From positions 1-35,322 of the IMG/VR virus record IMGVR_UViG_3300025392_000291: a DNA stretch of 35,322 nt. One strand, given 5' to 3'. The translations under genes and the position numbers were made by a program. Shown here piece by piece: positions 1 to 7,869 of the stretch (position 1 is the first letter of the stretch; each line of letters starts with the position of its first letter). The notes under the pieces were generated by a model. The model made no database searches, was not told where the DNA came from, and worked only from the letters and a program-made list of their open reading frames with translations. This DNA is from a virus. Lineage: Duplodnaviria; Caudoviricetes.

Positions 1-217
1 ATCTATTATAGTTAATATCTATAGGTATGGCGGTTGATTGCATGGCCCCTTTTAGAATAGCTATGGTTACAAATTACAGATTTTGTAACTTGTCAGAGCG
101 CGGGAGGGAAGCGTCTTCCAGGCATCTGACCTGATAAGGCGGGGGTTATATATTATATCTTATATACACTCATTTAATATAATCTATTTTATTTATATAT
201 TATTTATATAATAGCTG

Positions 218-246
218 TTGACATAAAGATATTATAATCATATCCT
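218..246 (+). promoter_or_regulatory. sigma70-type early promoter for ardC
   Basis: TTGACA (218-223), 17-nt spacer, TATCCT (241-246); AT-rich upstream; 32 nt before the ATG at 279. Confidence 0.7.
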
Positions 247-278
247 GCACATATTGACGCAAACAAAGGGGTTTTGAA

Positions 279-1130
279 ATGCGCAATGTTCAGCAGGAAG
301 TCACCGACCGCATACTAGCAGAAATGAGCCAAGGCAATCTTCCATGGGTTCAGCCATGGTCGGGCAAAGGTTCAAACGCTATGCCTCGCAATGCCATTAC
401 AAAGCGAGCTTATAGTGGCGCTAATGTCGTTCTTTTATGGCTCTCACCTTATGCTAGCCAAAATTGGCTCACATACAAGCAAGCGCAAGAATTAGGCGGA
501 AACGTGAAGAAAGGCGAAAAGGGCACGCACATCATTTACGCTAGCCAAGTCAAAGGCAAAGACAAAGAGACGCAGGAAGATAAGAGCTTCTTTATGCTTA
601 AATCATATACGGTGTTTAATATTGAGCAATGCGAAGGTCTTAATCTCAGCTCTCAGCCGGTGGCACCGATTAACCAAGATCAACGGGACCGTGAGTGCGA
701 TGCTTTCATGGCAAGCACCGGCGCTGACATACGCCACGGCGAAGGTAGGGCCTATTATAGACAAGCCGGTGACTACATCATGTTGCCACCCTATGAAATG
801 TTCAAATCAGGTGTTGGTTATTATGAGACCGCCTTGCATGAGTTGGTGCATTGGACTGGTAACGAGGCACGCTGCAATCGTCAATTTGGAAAACGCTTTG
901 GTGACAGAGCCTATGCTGCCGAGGAATTGGTCGCAGAGCTTGGCGCTGCCTTTATGTGTGCTGAGTTTGGTTATGATGCCATGACTCAGCACGCTGCCTA
1001 TATCCAAAATTGGATTGAGCTTTTAAAGGATGATCCAAAGGCCTTCATTACTGCTGCTAGCAAAGCATCTCAGGCGGTCGAATATCTTAGGGAATTGGCA
1101 TTGAGCCAAGATCTACCAATCGCAGCGTAA
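279..1130 (+). CDS. ardC: ArdC-family antirestriction / ssDNA-binding protein with zincin-like metallopeptidase domain
   Basis: Motifs PWVQPW, YSGANV, WLTYKQA, VKKGEKG, VFNIEQ, HELVH (HExxH), YAAEELVAE, HAAYIQNW. Confidence 0.92.
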   Translation: MRNVQQEVTDRILAEMSQGNLPWVQPWSGKGSNAMPRNAITKRAYSGANVVLLWLSPYASQNWLTYKQAQELGGNVKKGEKGTHIIYASQVKGKDKETQEDKSFFMLKSYTVFNIEQCEGLNLSSQPVAPINQDQRDRECDAFMASTGADIRHGEGRAYYRQAGDYIMLPPYEMFKSGVGYYETALHELVHWTGNEARCNRQFGKRFGDRAYAAEELVAELGAAFMCAEFGYDAMTQHAAYIQNWIELLKDDPKAFITAASKASQAVEYLRELALSQDLPIAA

Positions 1131-1196
1131 TTGCAGATAGGGGAGCTCTATACGGGCTCCCTCAATGTGCAATGTCGCACAATAAAGGGGACTACC

Positions 1197-1283
1197 ATGC
1201 TCGACTTATTCTCAAATCTCGCATTTCTGCTCGTCTGCTATCTATGCGCCGCCGCCGTTTATGGCTTTGATCTTAACAAGTGA
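1197..1283 (+). CDS. small hydrophobic peptide (28 aa, MLDLFSNLAFLLVCYLCAAAVYGFDLNK)
   Basis: Read manually; AAAGGGGA RBS 5 nt before ATG; its stop overlaps the next RBS. Confidence 0.55.
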   Translation: MLDLFSNLAFLLVCYLCAAAVYGFDLNK

Positions 1284-1293
1284 GGGGACTACA

Positions 1294-1506
1294 ATGCTAT
1301 CATACTTTAAAGCACGAGCCGAGGTCATGACATATAATGAGCTTGAGCAAGCCATTGATATTGCTAAGAATACATTAATGAATTGGTTTTACGATAGTAC
1401 AATCCCTGACGCGCATCTAGACGCAATCAGGGATGAATATCACGCCTACATAACCGAGAAGGTTAAAAGAGCCGCAAATCTTAAACAATTAGCTATGGGG
1501 GCTTAA
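1294..1506 (+). CDS. hypothetical early protein (70 aa)
   Basis: ORF; start moved to ATG 1294 after GAGGGGA RBS. Confidence 0.65.
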   Translation: MLSYFKARAEVMTYNELEQAIDIAKNTLMNWFYDSTIPDAHLDAIRDEYHAYITEKVKRAANLKQLAMGA

Positions 1507-1507
1507 A

Positions 1508-1753
1508 ATGGACTATGAAGAATTTCAAATAAGATCACTAGACAAAATATTAGATCTTGACGATCTATTCGATAAAACTCATCCCGCAGTTATTATAAAT
1601 TCCTGCGCTCTATATATAAAAGCCAATATATCTGCACAAAAAATCAAAAATAAAGATAAAGTCTCGCAACTTAGATCGGTTGCAGCGCTTTTTACCATGC
1701 TTGCGGATAAATTGGAGAAAGAAAATGCAAAATCCCGAAAACCCAAAAAATGA
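1508..1753 (+). CDS. hypothetical early protein
   Basis: ORF tightly packed with neighbours; GGGGG upstream. Confidence 0.6.
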   Translation: MDYEEFQIRSLDKILDLDDLFDKTHPAVIINSCALYIKANISAQKIKNKDKVSQLRSVAALFTMLADKLEKENAKSRKPKK

Positions 1754-1922
1754 GCCCTGCGCGGAGGTCAATCCTGAGCTCTGGTTGTCTTATTGCAAGA
1801 TTGTCAATCGAGATCCTTCGCCCTCGCCATGGTGGACTGAGGCAGACGTAGTTGTTGCCCTCGATAGGCATCTTGGGATAGCATGGCCTGATGAAACGGA
1901 CCTTGACAATCGTATTGTCTAG
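1725..1922 (+). CDS. hypothetical protein (65 aa)
   Basis: ATG 1725 preceded by GGAGA; fills the gap between neighbours. Confidence 0.5.
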   Translation: MQNPENPKNEPCAEVNPELWLSYCKIVNRDPSPSPWWTEADVVVALDRHLGIAWPDETDLDNRIV

Positions 1923-2376
1923 CCTTGCGCTCGCGGGCTGTGCAATACAAGTGCCGCTGCAAGACAGCACTAATCGGACCGAGATTAAGCAGATGATCTC
2001 TCGCAAAGTTGAAGCCGAGCTGGGCCCTCAATGGGTTCCAGTCTCGCTTCGCATTGCAAAATTAGAAAGTAATTTTAATCCAAAAGCCACCGGACCGCGT
2101 ACGCGCCACGGACACGCTCAGGGCTTGTTTCAGCTCTTGCCGTCTAGTGCTCGCGCTCTGGGTTATTCGCCTTCACGCTTAAGAGAGGCCGAGTACAACA
2201 CGGAAGCCGGGATCGCTCACATGAAAAGTTGCCTCGCGGCTGGCGTGAGCACCGACTGGGAAATGAGCCTCTGTCATGTCGCCGGTCCGATGGGATGGAA
2301 TAGGAAGCTCAAGAGGCGGTCACAAAGCTATAAAACCAAATACGCTCGCCTCGTTTCAAAGATGGGCACTCAGTGA
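1891..2376 (+). CDS. lipoprotein lytic transglycosylase (SLT/GH23)
   Basis: Signal peptide with lipobox LAGC; SLT motifs ESNFNPKA, AQGLFQL, N..AG. Confidence 0.85.
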   Translation: MKRTLTIVLSSLALAGCAIQVPLQDSTNRTEIKQMISRKVEAELGPQWVPVSLRIAKLESNFNPKATGPRTRHGHAQGLFQLLPSSARALGYSPSRLREAEYNTEAGIAHMKSCLAAGVSTDWEMSLCHVAGPMGWNRKLKRRSQSYKTKYARLVSKMGTQ

Positions 2377-2390
2377 GCTTCTAAACGCGT

Positions 2391-2900
2391 TTAATCGCTA
2401 TCCTGAGATCCTATCTTAGATAAAAGCTCCGCCGATGGTCTTGGAAGCTCCTCGCCCTTGTGTGCCTCAAGCCATGACTCAGCGTAAGCCTTCTCCTCAA
2501 CCTTGGACATCTGCCGGCGGTTCATGTGCAGGGCGCCAGGATGATTCATGAGATCGCCGACAAGCTCGTTAAAGCGAGCCACGACTTCTGCATTGGCTGG
2601 TCCTGTGTCGATCTTAGACGGGCGCTTGGCCTTGAACATCGGATTAGGCTCATAGGCCAAATCAAACTCTCTGGGGTCATCGCAGGGCAGTGTGACGTGC
2701 AAGCCCTGAGATAAAATAAACTCCAGATTGTCCCTGACGCGCAATAGGCCAGCCGAGGTCAGATAGGCGTACCAATCATCGCGCACCTTATTGCAGCGCT
2801 TCTCGTCCTCTGGCAATGGTCTTCCGCTGATGACTGAGCTGGACTGTAAGCTCGCCATGTATTTCTTGACCTTGCTGTAAAACTCCTCAGACTTGTTCAT
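2391..2900 (-). CDS. hypothetical protein downstream of replication initiator (possible helicase loader position)
   Basis: ATG at 2900 with GGAG RBS; ATGA overlap with initiator stop; function inferred from position only. Confidence 0.6.
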   Translation of the reverse strand: MNKSEEFYSKVKKYMASLQSSSVISGRPLPEDEKRCNKVRDDWYAYLTSAGLLRVRDNLEFILSQGLHVTLPCDDPREFDLAYEPNPMFKAKRPSKIDTGPANAEVVARFNELVGDLMNHPGALHMNRRQMSKVEEKAYAESWLEAHKGEELPRPSAELLSKIGSQDSD

Positions 2901-3655
2901 GGTGTGCTCCAAATCTCTTTAATTTTCGCTCTACGTTCTTCGTCCGTCAAAGGGATCTTAACCACATTTGACCCCGTGAGCTCATCGAGCCAGCGTTTCT
3001 GGTTAAGCCATGTTGAGGGGTGAGGGTTAAACTGAGGGTCATCAGAAAATTTAAAATTCCGAAGCCCGTTAATGATCGTTGAGGGGTCATCGGTCTTGAT
3101 GGCTTTATCCCAAGCCTTCAACGCCTCAAACTTTTTGACCTTGTTCGGATAAGCAGACCAAAAGGTCATAAACTCCGCCGAAGGCGTGAGGGTTTTATTT
3201 ATTTTATTTATCTTATTGAGTTTAGTTTTAAGTGTATTGTCTTTATCTATATTCTGATTCTGATTCTGGTTATGATTCCATTTGGATTGCATTTGCATTG
3301 CATTTGCATCATCTGATTCTAATGATTTCAATGACTTATCTTCTTTGTCGGAATCCCATCGAGACTTCGAGGCTAGTCTCAACTTTTCACTTTTGAGTCT
3401 GACCTTGGTCAATTCGGCGTCAATTCTTTTGTGATTTCCATCGACAAAAAAGGTCATCAAAACTGGTCCGTGACGCTTCCATTGCTTAGGTGTCATCTTA
3501 GTGACACGCATCTTTTGTTCATCGGTTTCTGGTAACTTCCCATTGCGCCAATAATAGCCAATGAGAAGCAAATAAGCCCCATGCTCGATGGTTGTGAGAT
3601 GCTGGGTGTCGGCTATGTAATCAGCCCAATATAAGGGCATCCAAGGACTGCTCAT
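2897..3655 (-). CDS. DUF1376/YdaU-family replication initiator-like protein
   Basis: N-terminal PWMPLYWADYIADTQHLTTIEHGAYLLL; C-terminal FWSAYPNKVKK...HPSTWLNQKRW; low-complexity central linker. Confidence 0.85.
   Translation of the reverse strand: MSSPWMPLYWADYIADTQHLTTIEHGAYLLLIGYYWRNGKLPETDEQKMRVTKMTPKQWKRHGPVLMTFFVDGNHKRIDAELTKVRLKSEKLRLASKSRWDSDKEDKSLKSLESDDANAMQMQSKWNHNQNQNQNIDKDNTLKTKLNKINKINKTLTPSAEFMTFWSAYPNKVKKFEALKAWDKAIKTDDPSTIINGLRNFKFSDDPQFNPHPSTWLNQKRWLDELTGSNVVKIPLTDEERRAKIKEIWSTP
3191..3320. repeat. short tandem repeats / AT tract inside initiator gene (possible ori)
   Basis: TTTTATTTA x2, ATTCTG x3, TGCATT-like x4; lambda O-like placement. Confidence 0.45.
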
Positions 3656-3861
3656 TTGGTCACCTTGAGAACTTCCATTTTAATCAATTTATCTATTGAT
3701 CTCTCAACCGCAGCAGTCGATAAACCTGTTAGCATGGCTATTCTGTCACGTTCTGACCAAGGGTCATCCATTCTGTGCCAGTAAATACACAATAGAACAA
3801 TTTTCTCGCGTGTTCGCCACGGAGAACTAAAAACATAATTTATAGAACGATCATTTGACAT
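3652..3861 (-). CDS. winged helix-turn-helix protein (69 aa)
   Basis: REKIVLLCI...IAMLTGLSTAAVERSIDKL pattern; AAGGAA RBS before ATG 3861; ATGA coupling to initiator. Confidence 0.7.
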   Translation of the reverse strand: MSNDRSINYVFSSPWRTREKIVLLCIYWHRMDDPWSERDRIAMLTGLSTAAVERSIDKLIKMEVLKVTK

Positions 3862-3975
3862 CGTACATTCCTTTTCTAGTAGGTTGCACGATGATCCACC
3901 ACAGTGTATAACACTATGGCGTCCATCGAACACCTTCACTGTTCGATCTAAAGGGTCAGCCTTTAACCCCTTTTA
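3859..3975 (-). promoter_or_regulatory. structured intergenic RNA, four consecutive hairpins, the last occluding RBS and start codon
   Basis: ATCGAACA/TGTTCGAT; CGCCATAGTGT/ACACTGTGGTG; CATCGTGCA/TGTACGATG; mismatches read as G-U on the - strand. Confidence 0.55.
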
Positions 3976-4455
3976 GGCTGGCCCTTCATTTTCAAATATA
4001 TCATACAATCTTTTTTTATGACAGACTTTTATGCCATGCAAAACACTTGTGTGGTCTCTATCGCAGCGGCGTCCAATATCCGAGATCGAAATCCACCGCA
4101 GCTCCTTCTGCAGCTTCCAGTACATATAGTGCCGAGCCTCGACCAAAGCCTTTGTTCTACGCGGAGAAATCAGGTCAATGAACTCAAAACCTGTTCTTTG
4201 CTCGACCTCTGAAATCACATCTTTCCACAGCTTTCGCTTGACGGGCTGCGCTCTGTCGTAAATCATTTTATATAGCAAAGCTAAACTTATTTCCTGAGCG
4301 TATTCAATGACCTCTGGAGACTCCTCAATTTTTTTTGAGTTATCCACAAGTATTTCAGGCTCTATGACGGGATTATCCACAGCTTTAGGTTGTTGTCCGT
4401 TTAGACGTGCTTTAACAGCCTTGTAGTGCTCAACAAGGTCAGAATGATACGTCAT
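3973..4455 (-). CDS. DnaA C-terminal (domain IV-like) DNA-binding protein
   Basis: DLISPRRTKALVEARH...SDIGRRCDRDHTSVLHG matches the Bac_DnaA_C signature; no AAA+ domain. Confidence 0.85.
   Translation of the reverse strand: MTYHSDLVEHYKAVKARLNGQQPKAVDNPVIEPEILVDNSKKIEESPEVIEYAQEISLALLYKMIYDRAQPVKRKLWKDVISEVEQRTGFEFIDLISPRRTKALVEARHYMYWKLQKELRWISISDIGRRCDRDHTSVLHGIKVCHKKRLYDIFENEGPA
4340..4381 (+). promoter_or_regulatory. two perfect DnaA boxes (TTATCCACA)
   Basis: Exact TTATCCACA at 4340-4348 and 4373-4381, direct orientation, 33 bp period. Confidence 0.7.
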
Positions 4456-4476
4456 CTGTTTCCCCTTTTTTGCTAT

Positions 4477-4653
4477 TTATCGGAGCTTTTCACCCCTAAA
4501 CTTCAATTCCTCAAAAGCAATATCCAATAGCTCCCGAAGTGCGTCAACTTCTGTTTTGTGCCGTTTTTCAAATCTGTAATCGTCCAGTTTTTTCGCGTGT
4601 TCTGGTGTGAACATAAAGACTTTGCGTGTTAGTTGGGTTTTTTGATCTTCCAT
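4477..4653 (-). CDS. ribbon-helix-helix regulator (58 aa; absent from ORF track)
   Basis: MEDQKTQLTRKVFMFTPEHAKKLDDYRFEKRHKTEVDALRELLDIAF...; AAGGAG RBS; beta-helix-helix pattern. Confidence 0.75.
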   Translation of the reverse strand: MEDQKTQLTRKVFMFTPEHAKKLDDYRFEKRHKTEVDALRELLDIAFEELKFRGEKLR

Positions 4654-4676
4654 AACAAGCTCCTTTCCAGCATATT

Positions 4677-4730
4677 ATTATAGCAAGATAACCCCGTTGA
4701 CAAGTTGTTCAATATATATTTATATATAGT
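4677..4730. promoter_or_regulatory. divergent promoter pair
   Basis: - strand extended -10 TGCTATAAT (4677-4685); + strand TTGACA (4697-4702) with TATATA/TATAGT downstream; lies at the strand switch. Confidence 0.65.
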
Positions 4731-4756
4731 GGTGATTCGCAAAAAGGGGACGCGAT

Positions 4757-4960
4757 ATGAACACACAAGACGAAATACTCAAAAGACTGAATGATATGGA
4801 GCAGAGGTATGAGGACATCATACTTGAGCTCAGTGCTATCGGTGAATGTCTCAAAAAACAATCTGAAAGCACTCGATCAATTTATGAAGTGCTTAAACTC
4901 TTAATTGAGCGTGAAGATATAAAACCACATACGCCATTTAATAAAGGGGAAAGATTATGA
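4757..4960 (+). CDS. small coiled-coil protein
   Basis: AAGGGGA RBS; heptad pattern. Confidence 0.65.
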   Translation: MNTQDEILKRLNDMEQRYEDIILELSAIGECLKKQSESTRSIYEVLKLLIEREDIKPHTPFNKGERL

Positions 4961-5022
4961 CTGACGATCTTGTGAAACGACTGGGACGGAGTGGTGAGCA
5001 ACCACCGAAGGAGACTGAGTGA
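4957..5022 (+). pseudogene. 21-aa mini-ORF / collapsed cassette (MTDDLVKRLGRSGEQPPKETE)
   Basis: First 23 nt identical to the start of gene 7427; 3' end identical to the end of gene 5022-5261. Confidence 0.55.
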
Positions 5023-5263
5023 TGAGTAAATGGCAACCAATAGAAACAGCACCTAAAGATGGAACAAAAATTTTAGGATATGGGTTGTGCGAATATGTTT
5101 GGCGATCAATAGAAAAGTGCGAAAAAATAATTTTTATTGCGTATCATAATAGTAGTTGGGGAGATGGTTGGTATTTTGATATAAATGATGAAGATGGTTC
5201 TGTTATAGCGCATTTAACTCACTGGATGCCTTTACCAAAACCACCGAAGGAGACTGAGTGATG
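5000..5263 (+). repeat. 25-bp direct repeats flanking DUF551 gene
   Basis: AACCACCGAAGGAGACTGAGTGATG at 5000-5024 and 5239-5263. Confidence 0.9.
5022..5261 (+). CDS. DUF551-family protein
   Basis: WQPIETAPKDG...THWMPLPKPP. Confidence 0.85.
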   Translation: MSKWQPIETAPKDGTKILGYGLCEYVWRSIEKCEKIIFIAYHNSSWGDGWYFDINDEDGSVIAHLTHWMPLPKPPKETE

Positions 5264-6160
5264 GCTGACGGATTTAGTCCAGAAGAACGAAAGGCTGCAT
5301 GGTGGGCCACCGACAGTCGCAGAGCAGTGTCAGGACATTTTGTTGATGTCATCTTAGAAAAGACTGGCAAGAAGGCTATTGATGATCTCAGCGACATTGA
5401 AGCGGTGCAAATGGGGCTTGTGATGCAACCCGTCATCGGCAAGCTATTCGAAGAAGCAACAGGTATTAAGGTTCGTGATCTCGATATAGCCGGCACATAC
5501 GATAAAGAGCCATGGTTACGCGCTCATGGTGATTTTGAAACAGAAGATGGAGGACTCCTTGAAGTCAAGAATTTCAATGCTGCTGTCATCAACAAGTATC
5601 CAGACATGGACGCCGATGGAAACGCGCTTCCTTTGCCCGACCTTGTTCAATGCGTTCATGAAGCAGTTGTCTTTAACAAGCCCCACGTCTATTTCGCAGT
5701 ATTATTCGGGGGCCAAGCCTTCCGTTATTGGAGGCTCGACGTCACAGACGACATGAAGCAGGACTTTGTTCAGCAGGCTGCTAAATGGTGGGCAATGGCT
5801 GTTAGCGGAACAATGCCTGATCCTGAATCGCCAGAACAAGCAAGAGCTATATTCCCTGTTGGTTATGAAGGCTCGATCACAGCCAATGCTCAAATTGAAA
5901 GCGTATATAATGCTCTTAAAACTATTAAAGAGCGCATAAAAGATCTGGAAGAAAAGGAAGCCGAAGGTCTAACTTACTTGCAGTCTTATATGGGTGATAA
6001 AACTACGCTCGTGAATGTGCAGGGAGAGATCCTTGCAACATGGAAGAACGCTAAAAGCTCAAAGAAGTTTGATGCAAAGGCGTTGCAGTCAGATATGCCT
6101 GATCTCTACGACAGGTATAGCAAAGAGGCGGCAGGAAGCCGTCGGTTCTTGTTAAAGTAA
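5261..6160 (+). CDS. YqaJ-like viral recombinase / lambda-exonuclease family
   Basis: PWLRAHGDF...LLEVK (PD-(D/E)xK variant); AVQMG; KFDAKAL...RRFLLK C-terminus. Confidence 0.85.
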   Translation: MADGFSPEERKAAWWATDSRRAVSGHFVDVILEKTGKKAIDDLSDIEAVQMGLVMQPVIGKLFEEATGIKVRDLDIAGTYDKEPWLRAHGDFETEDGGLLEVKNFNAAVINKYPDMDADGNALPLPDLVQCVHEAVVFNKPHVYFAVLFGGQAFRYWRLDVTDDMKQDFVQQAAKWWAMAVSGTMPDPESPEQARAIFPVGYEGSITANAQIESVYNALKTIKERIKDLEEKEAEGLTYLQSYMGDKTTLVNVQGEILATWKNAKSSKKFDAKALQSDMPDLYDRYSKEAAGSRRFLLK

Positions 6161-6171
6161 AGGGGAAAAAC

Positions 6172-6411
6172 ATGAGTAATGAAACAATTGTGCCAATGGC
6201 AACGGCAGATTTTCTGTTAGGTCGCATGATCGCAACAGCAATGCTAAACGAACAATTAAAAAAAGAAATACACAAATTAAATGAGAAATTAAATGAAAAA
6301 AGTTCATGGATTACCACGTTAGAATTTAAGTTAAATAAACTTCAATTAGAAAATGAAAATTTAAAGAAACCAGTTGTTAAAAAACGTGGTCGTAAACAAG
6401 AAGGAGTTTAA
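6172..6411 (+). CDS. coiled-coil hypothetical protein with basic tail
   Basis: AAGGGGA RBS; heptads; KKRGRK tail. Confidence 0.6.
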   Translation: MSNETIVPMATADFLLGRMIATAMLNEQLKKEIHKLNEKLNEKSSWITTLEFKLNKLQLENENLKKPVVKKRGRKQEGV

Positions 6412-6412
6412 C

Positions 6413-7180
6413 ATGAGTAACATCGTACCATTTGACGATCAGGAAAGAATGGCATCTGCCATTGCTAAATCTGGTCTGTTTGGTCTTAAGGATCAAACAC
6501 AAGTCTTGGCATTGATGGCTGTGGCGCAGGCTGAAGGCCGTCATCCCGCAACAGTCGCAAAAGAGTATCACATCATTCAAGGACGCCCGGCGCTCAAGGC
6601 TGATGCAATGCTCGCCCGCTTTCAACAAGCTGGTGGCAGAGTCGATTGGACATCGTACACCGATGATAAGGTGGAAGCTGTCTTTTCACATCCACAAGGC
6701 GGATCTCTGAAGCTGGCATGGACTCTTGCACAAGCCAAGGCCATTGGATTAGCAACCAAGGATAATTGGAAGCTCTATCCTCGCGCAATGCTTCGTGCTC
6801 GCGTGATCTCTGAAGGCATACGCACAGTCTATCCGGGCGTTCTCACAGGTGAATATACGCCAGAGGAAATACAGGACTTTCGACCTGAGCCAACGAATAT
6901 ATCTATCAAGGAAGTTATCGAAGGTGAGGTAATTCAAGAAGGCAGTGGATTCCCTCTTTACACTCCAGAGAGCGACGGCTCTGTGAAGTTATATAAAAAC
7001 TGCGTGGACGCCGAGCACTGGGAGGAATCCTACTTCGACATGGTCGAAAAGATCAAAGCGTCCAAGAAGTTTTCTGATGAAGAAAAGATTGCCAAAACAC
7101 AACTTTTCACAGATGCGAATAAAGAACTTGTAGAAACAATTATCCTGAAGAATGGAGCTGAATATGACCAAGAAGTATAA
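6413..7180 (+). CDS. RecT/Redbeta-like single-strand annealing protein
   Basis: IIQGRPAL...WKLYPRAMLRARVISEGIRTVYP..G.YTPEE; near YqaJ; AAGGAG RBS before ATG 6413. Confidence 0.75.
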   Translation: MSNIVPFDDQERMASAIAKSGLFGLKDQTQVLALMAVAQAEGRHPATVAKEYHIIQGRPALKADAMLARFQQAGGRVDWTSYTDDKVEAVFSHPQGGSLKLAWTLAQAKAIGLATKDNWKLYPRAMLRARVISEGIRTVYPGVLTGEYTPEEIQDFRPEPTNISIKEVIEGEVIQEGSGFPLYTPESDGSVKLYKNCVDAEHWEESYFDMVEKIKASKKFSDEEKIAKTQLFTDANKELVETIILKNGAEYDQEV

Positions 7181-7418
7181 GACTGACGGTAAAGGCGTTT
7201 TGTTCATTAACGACAAAAAGACAAAAGAAGGGCAACCAGATTACACTGGCAACATCATTCTCGATCAGGATTACGGCAAGGGATCTGAGATTAAGTTGTC
7301 AGCATGGAAAAAGCCTACGCCACGCAATCATCTGATCTCGATTAGCATTAACAACTATAAGGCCGATGAGAATAAGCAATGGCCTAAACCTGTTGTTGAT
7401 GACGAAGTCCCGTTCTGA
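7164..7418 (+). CDS. small SSB-like protein
   Basis: G.LF.N.K...PDYTG...SAW motif; acidic C-terminus DDEVPF typical of SSB tails. Confidence 0.65.
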   Translation: MTKKYKTDGKGVLFINDKKTKEGQPDYTGNIILDQDYGKGSEIKLSAWKKPTPRNHLISISINNYKADENKQWPKPVVDDEVPF

Positions 7419-7426
7419 GGTGACAC

Positions 7427-7645
7427 ATGACTGACGATCTTGTGAAACGGCTCAATGAAGATTTTTCTGTGAATGCTAGGGAAGACATTCAGCATCAAAT
7501 GAAAGTTTATGAGACTGAACGCAAAGAAGCCGCCGACCGCATTGAGCAGCTGGAAGCAGCATTAAGAGAAGTTGTAAAAGTTGATTGCGGGTTTGTTTGC
7601 AAATGTGCTGAAATAGCTCGCACCGCATTAGAGGATAATAAGTAA
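7427..7645 (+). CDS. hypothetical protein (MTDDLVKRL...EAADRIEQLEAAL type)
   Basis: GAGGT RBS; common phage accessory coiled-coil motif. Confidence 0.75.
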   Translation: MTDDLVKRLNEDFSVNAREDIQHQMKVYETERKEAADRIEQLEAALREVVKVDCGFVCKCAEIARTALEDNK

Positions 7646-7866
7646 TGGTTGACAATTTTGTTGAACAATTGCGTCAAGAACTTCACGACTGGGAAATTGA
7701 ATTAGCTATTGAGCAGCGCAAACAAGCCGCCGAAGAGATAGATCGATTGCGTGGTGAAAACAATAAGTTATTAATAGAATTAAATAAATTTACTGAAACA
7801 TCATTACAATCAACTAAAATGATAAAAGATTTGGTATCAGATTTAAAAAATGCAAAAGGAGACTGA
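7645..7866 (+). CDS. hypothetical coiled-coil protein
   Basis: TAATG coupling; AAEEIDRLR motif related to the previous gene. Confidence 0.7.
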   Translation: MVDNFVEQLRQELHDWEIELAIEQRKQAAEEIDRLRGENNKLLIELNKFTETSLQSTKMIKDLVSDLKNAKGD

Positions 7867-7869
7867 GTG

